Assembly: GCA_051294905.1 (NCBI GenBank)
Contig: CM119382.1
Span: 11,036,001 to 11,100,000, forward strand
Direction: 5' to 3'
From: Botryllus schlosseri
Taxonomy: Eukaryota
DNA: 64,000 nucleotides
The notes beneath the pieces were generated by a model, which saw only the letters and a list, made by a program, of their open reading frames with translations, ran no database searches and had not been told where the DNA came from. A program made the translations under genes and the position numbers. Position 1 is the first letter of the stretch. The number at the start of each line of letters is the position of its first letter. Positions 26,186-38,970 of this stretch are shown here, in pieces.

Positions 26186-28789
26186 TACTTTCAAATGATG
26201 CACGGTATGCGCTTACTACAATGACAGACTCTCAAGTCTCAGGCCCATTCCGAATCGTTTTCACTGACAGACAAAACCCAAACATCCGGACGCATCGCGG
26301 CATTCTCTATTCCCATTCATCCGCGGGTTCTTATCCGCGCACTCGTGGATAACCCACTTCGTTTGGAGGGCGCTCTCCGCGCAAGATCGAGTGCCATCCC
26401 AGCCGGTCTGAGAGATCGCGGTACCAACAACGCGCTCGGTAAACAATCTCAAGTGACCCTCCTGGTTATGAGTGTATCGGCCGGCTGGTTTAGTTTATGG
26501 GATTATGGGTATTTCGAATATGGAGATCGCTGGATTGTGTACGCTCCAACCGAAAACGGTGACGTAACGGAATCGCCAAGCGTGGCCGGGCGAAATTGTG
26601 TAGGCTTGCTGGTCACTTGCTTTCCAATGTCTGATTTACATAGCTGACGCGAAATCTAGAATCTGAACGTTTTTGTATTAGTCAACACAAGGGTATTTCC
26701 CGTAAATTTTTTCAAATCCCCCGTTTTTCTAGTCAGGTGATCTGTAAAAGTGCCCTCTCCCGGATCCCAAAATATGGTAACCTTATGCACTGCTCTAGTG
26801 GTGCGCGAATTCAACAGCATTAATATCGGATGCGGGTCTATGAAATTCAATCGATCGATCAGAAGTCTTCCATTATGAGGATCATCTCGTGCTCAATTTC
26901 AATGTCTCGTGTTCCGGTATCTGTTGTAGGCGAGCGATTCGTTAATCCAATTATCGACGACAGGCCAATGATCGATATTGACATGCAGCGGTGACCTTGC
27001 TATCTTACGATCGATCGTGTCGTTTTGGTAATTATTTCTTCGTCATACCTTTCTCTGTCACGTGCTGGGTTTGAATTACACCCCTAGTGGGCGATATTGA
27101 GAAACAAGGGGGCGATAATACGAAAGGGGGCGAAAATGTTAAAACGTTCAGTGAGATCTGTTTAATTAACACAGCCAAAAAATGCGCGTGAAGACGGCTC
27201 ATTCTGCATAGGACGCTAAAGTTGTCGAAAAAAGACGTGGAAAGCGGTTTTCCGAGCACCAGCTCGGAAAAATGACCTTGTTTCAGTCAATTCACCAGCG
27301 ATCAGAGTTAGCTGAATAAACTTTCCGTTTAGATATCCTCTTTTTCGTATCCGTAAATATAGGGGGGGGGGTGAAAATTTGTGTTGAGCTTGATTAGGGG
27401 GCGATGAGTCGAAAAAGGTTGTGAACGACTGAACTAAAGCATCAATTGAAATTCACGGATTTATCTGCCAAGTTCAACGTGATCTCGATGTTCTACAGTA
27501 CTATGTTGTTCGATGCGTGCACAATTTCTTGAAACATCAATCGGGCCCAATCGCAAACACGTTACGCTATCAGCAGTGTCGTCGCGCGTGCTTCCGCGTG
27601 AGACACCCGAAGATATTTGTCTACTTTACGCCTTTTAGTGATAGATACCGTACCGTTAATGTGCTGAACAAACAGGTAACAAGCACTGCTTTAATGCAGA
27701 TACGCCACCCGTGCATTATAACTAATGGCATCGAACACTTTATTCCATGACAAAAAGCCAATGACGCTGCATTCCAAGTGTCTATTATGAGTAATGTCAT
27801 CTATGATTAAGTTTAAGTCCTTCGAAGTTTATGAAAAGTGGGTATTCGTTAGTAAACAGTCTTTGGGAATCTTTGCTTTGGATTGTTAATTAAGCCTTTT
27901 ATCAATATATATGGGTGAGTGTTATGAAAAATGACCTACTTTTGAAGTGTACACGCCGCTTGGAATCGGTTACTAAGACAGCTCGCCATACCAAAGCAAA
28001 TACTGGCGTTTGGTATTGTCGGTATACCAAATGCTCTCGACACCGTCCGTGGAGTTACGTCGAATCAACAAACGGTCAATCTTCGTACCGTGGTCTGACA
28101 TGAAAAGAGCCGATGAATTCGTGAAGTACTCCTCGCCGCTTTTAGATTCAACGCCTGGCAAGCTTTATCGCAACGATCAATATCCCGCGGTGTTATTAAT
28201 CGGTTGTCGGTTGACGCTGTGGACTTGGGTGACGGCAATCGCTTTTTTTACTAAAAATCGCTCGGCGTGTGCCGTATATCGATTTTTGTAAAACTGTATT
28301 GGTGGAATCTAAAATTAGCGGGTCTTGATGGAGTGCGTTGCGTTGAATCGACCGCTGTTATCGTATTCAGAACGTGTTGACTAAGGTACAAATATAAACG
28401 GTGTATTTATACTATACACCATGTAAGGGTGGACTGTTATTCCGCCATGAAGGTGGAGACGTGCTTTCTAAAAACGTACGTTGTTGTAGCCATCGGATTT
28501 GAAATTTGAAACCCGAAATCAGGTATATTGATTGCTATATATCGCGCATGTCCATCGCTCAGATGAGCAGTCCTCAAACTGGAAATATAAATGGTGAACT
28601 TATACACCGTATACGGGCGGATTGTGATCCAACCCTGAAGATGGACGGGTCTTTTCGAAAAACATACCCTGATATAGCAGTCGGATTCGAAATTTGAAAT
28701 CCGAAATCCATTATATTGAGGTACATTTGTTTGAGCATTGCACGATTCAAAAGGTTTCTGAATAGCATTGTTTTCGACCGGAGTGTCGT

Positions 28790-29054
28790 AATCCATGGGT
28801 GAGATTACTCAGATTAGCATAGTACAGGGATTCTGACTCAACAAAAGGATTTCTACTCAAGTAGAAGTAGGAGTAGCTATACACAAGCAAGTAGAGTAGT
28901 GAGTATTCTAGGACCCATTTTGCCTAAAAACCTGCAAACTGTTAAGTACTCCAAATTCATACTCACTTGACTCTTGAGTAAGAAGCACGCTAGATCTACA
29001 TGAGTATTTCGGAAAAGTAGAAGTACTTCGTTACTGCCAGTCTCCACCTCACTG
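28790..29054 (-). mobile_element. Family B copy (reverse)
   Basis: ctcaagtagaagtaggagtag...ggaaaagtagaagtacttcgttactg...ccacctc. Confidence 0.75.
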
Positions 29055-30639
29055 CCTCAGTTCATAACAGACAGATCAAGTCTATTCCCAGAGCGTATTG
29101 TTTTCATGCCATGTCCGAGAATACGTCAATCGCCGGCTATCACAACACGCAGTTTATAATTCGATTCGAATCTCCGCGCCCGTAACGAGGCCGTGTTCGG
29201 CGAGCCGTCGGGGAAATCTATCCGCCCCATCGATTAAAGTCGTTATTGCTAGGAAAAATCGATGTTCCTTGTTCTGTAACAATCCCCACGGGGTCCGCGC
29301 CGCGTTGTTATAGACTGCGCAGTCTATAGCAGGTCTGCTTTGCAGTAGGAATGATGTGAATGTAGCTGGTAAAGTTTCGATGAACCTGTCATCCGCGGGG
29401 ATTTTAATATGGCGTGGTATATAAAGGAAAAACTGGATGTTCTTTTTATGGCTTGGGTAAATTGGCAATGGTGCCGCATTATTTAGCAGCATTTTGACCA
29501 TGCATACGTAATTATTCTGTCAGAAGTTTGCATCAGTTGCTGCCCCAAGTGTAGCATATCCCAAGACATGTCAAAAACTGCTGCAATTCGAAGTAGAAAA
29601 TGAACGATGATCAAGTTGGGGTGGAAGCACTCTAAAATATTACCACGAGAGTAAGTTATACATTTAAGCAAAACCCAATTCAGTTCTTCGAAAAAGCGGA
29701 AGTACTTTATAACTGACCATGGCGTCTCTATTTCATTCGTAATGTTGCGATAGATTGGGAAATAATGGCAGTCGCTAATCCAGCTCTTCTATACCGTTGC
29801 GTGTATCTTAGATCCTGGTTCTAAATCTATCGCATAAATCCGTCCCGGAGGAGACTGCCTCATTAAGCTTTACTTCTTAGCATTACTTCATTCTAGTAAA
29901 CATAATTCGTAATGTCAAATTCATTACGCGTTTATCCATTCCGACTAATTGTCATCATGAGCGAGTCTATAAATGCGGTACGCCGTATTTGAATTGCTTG
30001 AATAACGTTTCCGTGTGACGTAATCGTGGCATGTGAACATGACAACTCAAGAGTTATGACACAGAGACAATTTTTCTATATTACGAGCAGCTAATCAATG
30101 TCTAATCTAATTTATGAAATGTTTCTATGCTCTAGTTCCTAGTTTTCCAAATAATGCTTCTCGAGTACTGCATAGTGTGAAACGAGTCTGGATCGCTGTA
30201 CAGACATTTGCCCTTCTCACCCTTATGAGACTGAACTCTGGTTAAATATGAATTGAACTTAATTCAATTTCAAGGTTATTGCGAATTCAGTAATTATAAT
30301 CCAATTTGGAATAGACTGTGTAGCTATAATTCTAATTCTATTACAATTCGGAAAAGCTGGAAATTTTATAGCTGGCCGAAACTCCGTGTTCAGCAATAGC
30401 TACATTTTTCGTCTGTCGCTAGAGAGCTGTCGCCTCTAGTGTAGATTGGTCATAATTTAATAATTCCGCGCGGTGGCGATCGTGGGGTAATGGCAACACC
30501 GCACGTTTTGATTAGCGGGTTACAAGTCAGCTTGCGCGACATGCGGTCGCGCACCGTGTTAAGACATTGTTGTTTGATGCATGCCAGCGTTTCAACTCAA
30601 TTCAACCCATCCATTATACGTGATGCATTCCCTCTACAG

Positions 30640-30749
30640 GTGTAACGGCAACAACTCGTGCGTTTTCATCGTAGGACCGCAGGTGTTTGAAGACCCGTGC
30701 CCCGGGACGAAGAAGTACCTTAACATCATTTACGAATGCGTACCTTACA
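30640..30749 (+). CDS. ADGRL: Exon 4: RBL part 3 ([37 protein letters not shown])
   Basis: ctctacag|G ... TACA|gtgagt. DPCPGTxKYLxxxYxC motif; completes the 8 RBL cysteines. Confidence 0.96.
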
Positions 30750-31960
30750 GTGAGTGGCTTTTATTACCATCTGCAACCAAGCGCGATACAAGATATATAA
30801 ATATTAACCATAAAAATTGGCAGGAGCAGATTTTCTTACTTTTCTGCTAATTTATACCCACGGAAATTATGTGCAACGTCGAACATACGTCGCAAACACA
30901 AGATGACGTCACGTATGCAATACAAATTGAACGAATATCAACCAGACATGCCTGCAAAAGCAGATTTATAACCACGGAAAATCGGTGCATATGAAATTTT
31001 ACTGTACACTATCTAATGCGATGTGACGTCACATAAATTATGACGTCATGTTTGATATTTGAAATTATGAAATTTTATTGCGATTTTACTGTGACGTATA
31101 TAATCAACATTTCGATGTGTCTTTGATATCAGCATAGGCGGTCACTCTAGGTAACGAAGTCATCCTACTTTTTCGGAGTACTCAAATAGATTTTTACTCA
31201 ATTTGTTATGATTTGAGACTACTTGTACCTGTGAGTTTTCAGTTATTTCGGCAAATCTAGGCCTGGATTACATACTTTTATTGCGTACTTGTAAATTGCT
31301 TCTTGCATTTGAGTATATTTTAACGTAATTTCCACTGCTACTCGGGCACCGACGATGACTACACCTGGGAATCAACCTACATTATTGTTAACATTGACAA
31401 GGACATGGACCGGTAAAATATAATAACCCCGATGTCTTGCTTTAACGGTTATTAGACCCGCGTGAGTCACACGGCTGTCGAATCACACAATAACCTCTTC
31501 TCTAATCCACTACATCGTCGAGAATTTACGCTCGGTTAACCAACGCTTATCCCGGATATCGCCCCCAGCCCGCGGTCTTGATGTTAAACCTCAGGAATGC
31601 GATGCGCGGTGTTGTCGCGCTGCGCTCAATCGCGCAATTACCGGGCTTATGAGGGCTAATTTGTGTGTTTATCGCGAGGATTGCGGGCGCTATTAAATCC
31701 GTTTTGGCGTTTGATGAGTTTGGAATCGGAAGGGGGAAAGCTGCGTCGTCGATGCCAAATCGCTTTTCGCTACGCCCGCGACGGTGGTGGCTGGCATTAA
31801 TTAAAGAGGCTCACAATTAGAGGTCGGAAAATTGCGCGTACTTAATACCATTGATGCAAGGCCGAGCTAGCGCGGGCGTTCTCAATTAGAAGCCAGACAT
31901 TACAGTTGGTCAAGTATGCAGTAACTGATTCTGGTTGAAATTCGACTTGACATGAGTCAG

Positions 31961-32540
31961 TAGGGATGTTCAAAAATTACTTTTATTGTAATTGTACTGG
32001 CTATTTACCTTGAAAAACGCTGCACACCAATTTTGGTGGCAATTCCAATCTATAGAGGCATTTGCTATAAGAGAAAAAAAATGTTGGATTTATTTATTAA
32101 AAATAAATATAAAAGTTTTCAAATTTTAGTGGCGCCATGAAATTGTTACGTTGTCCGCAAAAGCGATGTGCAACTAATTTGACTCAATTCCAACCTGTAC
32201 AATAAAAGTTACTGGAGGGCAAAATTTTGGATTTGGAAAAAACAATAATTATTTATTATAGTTATACCCACCGTAAATACTATGATTTGAAATCTCAAAT
32301 TTTGAACATCAGTAACTTTGTTTCTACTGGTTCGAATTGAGTCACATTTGTTGTGCATTTCATGGGGTAGTCAGTAGAATTTGAAGAAGAAAAATTATTT
32401 GTTTTAATCAAATAAATCCAAAACCTTTTCTCTCATATCAATGCCACTATAGGTTGGAGTTGAACCAAAATTGGTGTGCAGCGGTGCAGAGGTAAGCGCA
32501 ATACAACACACTTTGTAAATACATTTCCAGAATTCCACTA
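31961..32540. mobile_element. Older, diverged foldback MITE related to family D
   Basis: Starts TAGGGATGTTCAAAAAT. Internal inverted arms (ctgcacaccaattttgg / ccaaaattggtgtgcag; ttggatttatttattaaaa / ttttaatcaaataaatccaa) share motifs with the 55971 element. No clean TSD. Confidence 0.7.
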
Positions 32541-33697
32541 TGGGGTACAGGTGGAAGATTTCCACCATAAGGTGCCAATGAGACTGTCGGCCCTTTTCGG
32601 TACCAAATTTCGAATTCACAACCATTCTAATATGTGAAAACAAGTCAAATATGCCAACTCTTATGAAGATATCATATTCCAGAGATGCTGTGAGTTCTGT
32701 GTACGCGTTACCCCTTTTATGCGGTTTCTGGGGTGGTACAGAACCCACCCCTGACTTATATCACCGTAAAATGAGTGTAGATCTGTAGAAGCAGAATTTC
32801 GTACTAGTAAATGTCGTCTACCTGCTTTCCATCCTACGCGATGGTGGAAATCAAGCGAAATACTCAGGTCACAACACTAAACCATAGAGTTTCTCCTTGA
32901 CACTAAGTCGCCCGTGTTCACTCATCCGTGACATTTAACCACCTTGCCGCAATCCGATTAAGGGTCGACACAGTGGCCGGTCGTGATTAACCTTCGATCT
33001 GCGCGAATGCGCGCAGACTCTGGGAAAGACGGTATCGCAGGGCAGATTAACAGCACCGCAGCATCTCGCCGTAACTGCGAATGACCTTTTAATCCGCGCC
33101 CAGTATCCTGCAATCAGTGTCTGAAGGGGCGAATATTTCCCATATCGCAGAAGATGTCGTGTTCCACTCGACGCGCGACGAATTGATTGCTGTAATTTGG
33201 AGATCGGGTGTATCGATACTGTGTTAATGTCGGTAGTGGTCTGGTCAACCCTTGTAAATACAGCAAGGTGTCATGTTGTTTGGAAGTATAAACTTGGTAG
33301 CTGATTCCATAACCGCCTAATATACTATTCGTAACAGAATCATACGGTATCCAAAAGAGAGCTGAATGATTGTAAACACCATGACGTCATGTGACCGTTA
33401 CGTCACAATGCAGATGCGTTAAATATCGTCCGATTCCAACATAAGAACATTCGTCTTTGGTTTGATTCGTATTACTTTTCGTAAGAAATAATTATCCCAA
33501 TTCCCGTGATTGCAGCAGTGTTTGTGAGGATAATTGTGTAATCGCCTCAAGCCGCAACAATCCTTTTCTAGTCAAGGCACGCTAACTTAACGCCTTTGGT
33601 TGTTGAGATATTTAGATTCGGCAGACTAGGTATTTACAGGCGTATTATAGACGCAAACCCATCTTTTCATCTTGAGGCTTGACGAATATGCCCTAAA

Positions 33698-33752
33698 TAA
33701 ACCCGAATATTTTCGGCTGACACTCATCAGGTTTAATCGTCAGCAACTAGTA
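33698..33752 (+). mobile_element. Family A fragment
   Basis: aacccgaatattttcggctgacactcatcaggtttaatcgtcagcaactagtag. Confidence 0.75.
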
Positions 33753-35825
33753 GCGACAATCGTATAACTAAATAACAGTTTTAACGATAACATATTTTTA
33801 GCGAAAACATTTTCGATACTTCTAACTTTGCTGTAAAGACATACTGAATTTTGAGCGCGTAAGCAATTGTGTTTCGTTTCATGGCCGATTGTAATCCGAT
33901 ATTATGTAGAGTGCATTTCGAGCTGTCACGTTCTGACGTTGTCAGGTTAGATTGCGCCGTCGTACACAGCTAAGTCGCGATTACCAGGCCCGCAATGTTT
34001 ATGAATTAAATGCGTCTACACGATTTTGATGCGGATAAGATACGACCTTTCTGGTGCTGGTAATATTGCTATCAACCTTGTAGAACTCAAAATGTCAGGT
34101 TTAGACGCGGAACAGTTTCTAATCAGATTTTCTTACGAACTGGGTCATTGGCTCATTACCAGGCGGGTTTTTATTCAAACACAAATTTGTGACTAACTGT
34201 AATTAAAGAGAGTTGATTTTTTAGGGAAAGCCGCCGTCTTATTTACGCAACCGTGCCTTGTTATTTTACCTAATCTGCTCTCGTCCCGGGCATTGTGCCG
34301 TCATAAATCACTCCTCGAAACGTCGTCCGTGACTTGGCAAGCATGAATGTTAATGCAGATCGAGAAAGTCGATGTAACCGTGGGTTATACCGTCCGATGC
34401 ATCACTCTCGGCCATCTGTCTCTATCACTGCGCGCCCGGGTGAATAGTATTCGCGATTAGCAAACAGGGTGACGTTGATTTAAGGCCGCGTGCGTCACCT
34501 AGGGTTCATGGTTAGCCTCGGGGTTAGAAACAATCGGTGTCGCTGATCACGTGAGCAATTAGTATGCTGAGTATATTTGACTGAGATTTGTACCAAGAAA
34601 CCGCTTCGATTATTTTAAGAAGTTGTGCAAATTTGTGGCAGATTTGGTGGTGAAAAAGCTGCATCTTAAAGTTGGTTGGGAATGATAGCCTCTTTCTAGC
34701 AAACCTGTATTCAAAAATTAAGAGACACATCTGTGCGTCTCACCCACGATACAGAATTTCTTTCGCGTGTGAGAGATTTATTTAGGCTCCTCATCGCAAT
34801 CTGATCCGCGTAAGCGGTGCCTCAATGAAGCCTCGAAGTGGGCCGTGCTACAAGTCAGCAGTTACGGAATCGTAATGAAGAATATAGGCTTGTAAATGAC
34901 CACTGTAATCGAAAAACACCACGAATACCGCCAACAACAACAACTAGGGCATTGCGAAAACGAGTACTTGGTTCACCCATGGGTGGTCCGAGTCGAGTCG
35001 AATAGTCGTGTTTCGTGTTTTATGACGTCATAACATCAATAATGAACTAGAAAGCTTAATCTGCATCTTAATCTGTAACGCACGTCACGAGTCATCAACA
35101 AATACTTTGTATTTCTTCACAATGACTTTTCCATAGCGCTTTATGATAATGATGCGGCTAGATCACCCTTTTCCCGGAATTTCGTTTTCGCGAACATGCT
35201 CGGATTTACGGTACAACAAGCAACGTTTTGGCTACGTTTTGGCCACTGTGATACGAGATACGACCAATCGCAGTTTCAAGGCTTCCGCAGTGAGAATAAG
35301 TTATCGCAACTACATTTCACGTTGAGAAGCAGACATAAAACATCGTATTAGCGATGTAATTGATCATCTAGTTAATTTCGATGTAATGACCAGCCGCCTA
35401 ATCGCAGTAACGAGCTCTACTGCATTCTGTTCGAAATTTAGGATCGCGTCTCCACCATTTCCTGCGCCACAATGCCAGACGCCCGAATTTGAATAGATCC
35501 GCGGATCTACCTCTGACAATGAACGCGCGCGTGCATGGTGATGTGATATCTGAATAGCGTCGGTGCGCGATGTCGCAATTGCATCATGACCATGAAAGTT
35601 ACGCATTTGAATATCATGAATAAGTGTTAAGTCCGTGGGAAGATTTCGCAGCAATGAAAAGGGTAGCGGACGATCGACAAAAGTCAATCTGAGATTCAGA
35701 TATCCCCAAATTATGCTCGTAGGTAGTCATGATCAGTACCGAATTACGTCTACTTTTGCGGAGTACTCAAGTAGGTCTTGCTTACTTCCTCAATGCATGG
35801 GTTATGATTTGAGACTAAATCCACA

Positions 35826-35960
35826 AGATGTTCTTGGAGATACATAACTCCAATGTACAATTGAATAATGTATTGATATTGTAATACACCCGAATAATTT
35901 CGGCTGGCACACGTCAGCAACTAGTAGAGAATTGGAAAGAATGTTGTGTATCAAAATCGT
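35826..35960 (+). mobile_element. Family A copy nested in a family B copy (35715-36110)
   Basis: ttcttggagatacataactc...cgaataatttcggctggcac...ctagtagagaattggaaaga, flanked by B-type acttctacttg sequence. Confidence 0.75.
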
Positions 35961-38884
35961 ATTATACTTCTACTTGAAAATGTTCATGTCTTTTTTAGCA
36001 GAACTAGGCCTAGAATACTTACTTTATAGTTACTTGGAGACCGTTACTTGTTTTTTTACACCTTTGGCCCTTACTACGTTTGCATATAGTTACTTGAGCA
36101 CTATAATCGCGTAAGACTTGAGCCGCGACATCTCCACTTCTATACCTGAGTAACTTTAGATTTACCGAAGTTATCAATAGGTTGAGGCTTTGTTTTTATC
36201 GATAGGTCGAAAAACGTCGATACCGCGCACCGGCGGGACACGTTATTGTTGTTGATACATTCTTTGATGTCAGTTATTGGTAAATTGGGTTCACCTCCAG
36301 ATTAAAGGATTCGTTCTAATGTCTGGATTACGCGCGTAATCCCTTTGATTCTTCCGACCGCGGCACTAGACCAAACTCACACTACGTAGAAGGGGGTAGG
36401 GTCCTGTTTGGGGTTGAAAATGGTAGGCGCGCGAACACATAATCCGATTTGCGGAAAGTCGCAAGTGTCGCTAATGGCATCGCTATTGAACCTTCTATTG
36501 CGCTGAGTTTGGTATAATTGCGTATCGCGCTGTGCTCAAACCCTGATGTCACGTGACCTGACACGATGCCAGGGTGAAGGTAATCTAATATCGAATGTAT
36601 CTATCGATTGACATGTATGCTGCATTCTTAGCCTGAGGTCGATGTAGTTGAAATAATACCGCGGCACTAACTCACGGATGTGCAAAAACAAATGGATCGG
36701 GCTCAGACCATTTTTGACAGATCATCTACGCCACGATTCATTGTGACGTCACTTTTTAGAGGTTTGAGTATTTGAAGCCGCCTTGGACGTGATCATGTAC
36801 GGACCACTGCATTATTTTAGAAATCAACTTGTAATGCTTTACTTGAACGGTTTGGTTTTAAGCCTATACCTCCACTTCTACAGTGACAGGTTTGTCGAAT
36901 CAGATTACTTACGCTGTGTTTTGTCAGGCTGTCGGTAGCCTCGAGATAGATTTGCAGTATTTAGATGTAGTAATCGCTGTGTCACAAATCGCGTTTAGAT
37001 ATCGGAATATAGTTTCGAAAATCAACACATCACTTATCATAGTCTTTGCTTTGGTAAGATTTAACCGCGCCACTTTGACTTGAGCAGCACAGACGATGTA
37101 TAAATCGTAATTACTTTTATGACTTCTATTTGTTACGCCACTCCAGTATTATGGGTTATCCGTAATGAAATACTTATATTTCTTTCAGAGTACTTGAGTA
37201 GTGTAGGGTGGATATGGTTTTCGAATACATCCGCTTCTAATTGACAGTTTTCAGCGTTTTAGGCGACAGCACGCCTAGAATACTACGTTTTAGTTGCTTG
37301 GAAATGACTACTTCTACTCGTACTAGCGTAAAAATGTACGATATACTTCCACTTGAGTACTAGCGTCGACCACCTCCGGTGTGTATTTTGGATTGTTAGT
37401 TGTGGAGGATGTTGCCTCAAGGAATATGCGACTCGCGTTGACGTGAAGATGTAGTTGTAACTAAAGCCCGACCGGTGTCGGATTTTCGAGCCGATAACGA
37501 TAAAAACTGATAACTAGTACGTCCACCGATAACCCAGTAATTTTTCACCGATAGTCAAAAGATACGGCATTTAGCTTTGGGCGCTTTTACAAAACTTCAT
37601 AGCATTTATTTGAACAGCTTTATATCCATTGCTATGGTCGGACATAAACTAGAAAAGACGCGTCTGTACGTACAGTGCACACCTGCAAGGTATACGAAAT
37701 ATATCGACATTCCCTTTCTACCAGTATCAGATTTTATATTTTTCACTACATGCTACCGTTTTGTGAAGTCACGAAAACTGCCGATATATTTTTATCTCCA
37801 ATGGCCGCTGCCGATATTTCTTTCGAAGTGTGATACCGACTCGATATTGTCGGCGAAGTTTGTAATCTTATGGCACCCGGGCAACCGATGACATCATTAA
37901 CTCGTAAACGTAGCCAAACCGGACCAGATGGCATCTCCTAATAAGCTTTGGGCGCACGCCGGCGTTAGTTAGGCGACCACACATGGAGCATACATTATTC
38001 CATTTGAAAATTCAGTCGCACAGTACGACGCTTCCAAAGTTCCGAACTATTCAAAACACTCCCGGTAACGAATAAATTTAGATACGTCTCTCCAATTATA
38101 GCCCGGTGACGTAACAGTCGCATCAGTCTTCAGTCACTTCGGGTTTCGCCCGTGACTCACCCTGTCGGTGGATTGACCGACTCTTCACACCCCGATAGGC
38201 TTTGTTTGGTTGGCCTTCGATGCGTGTCACCGCGAGGCTGTCTGACCTCGACTTGGAAAGTTGCGGCATGTACCGCGCCACGGTTCGCGTAGCTGGCGAA
38301 ATGCGCGCGGTTAACGGCCGGATTTGCGTTTCATATCGCCGGAAAGGTGTCGTGGCGTGGTGCGGCGTCGGGGTTGAGTGAGCGTGATGTAAATAATGGC
38401 CGTTTAGCGCTGCGCGCGAGGCCCGGTTGTTTTTAGAATGCAAGCGACTAACCTTATTAACTCTGTTTCCTGTCATGATACGCCGTAAACGGTAAATATA
38501 CAAGTCTGTGTATGCGGATTTGCGGAAGTATATCGATAGTCGTTCTTCAGTAAGTACTTTTACAATTGAATACTGAAGTTATACTGAAGTTACCCACGAG
38601 AGTCCCTTTAAAATAGGGTTTCCACACGTATGGTAACCCTACTTTTAAATACTTTTAGAACTAAAAGTAGATTTGGTCAAGAGGTCGCGTACTTTTACTG
38701 GGTAATCGGGCGTGTCTGTTTTCGATATTGCATTCGCCACTAGTAAGAATTCACTAATGGTTCCGCAAATAGGCGGATTCCTCGACAATGTATTTAGTTT
38801 CCGTGGAATATGGGCTATTTTGCGGTGTTCTATAGTGCCAATTTCAGTCGTAAAAGTCATGTAAACTTATCCCAAAATAACTTT

Positions 38885-38970
38885 TCAAAATGTAAAATAG
38901 CACAAGCAGGCAAATAACTACTTGAGTACTCCTACACGGTATATAAGTACTTCGCTACTGGCCACCTCTG
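38885..38970 (-). mobile_element. Family B terminal fragment
   Basis: gtacttcgctactggccacctctg is the reverse complement of the family terminus. It is followed immediately by a tandem 8-mer, CGTACAAG x2. Confidence 0.7.

Noticed and set aside
38123-38503. 126-aa minus ORF in a GC/CpG-rich intronic block
   Set aside because: Arg/Ala/Ser-rich composition typical of non-coding GC-rich DNA. More likely regulatory sequence.
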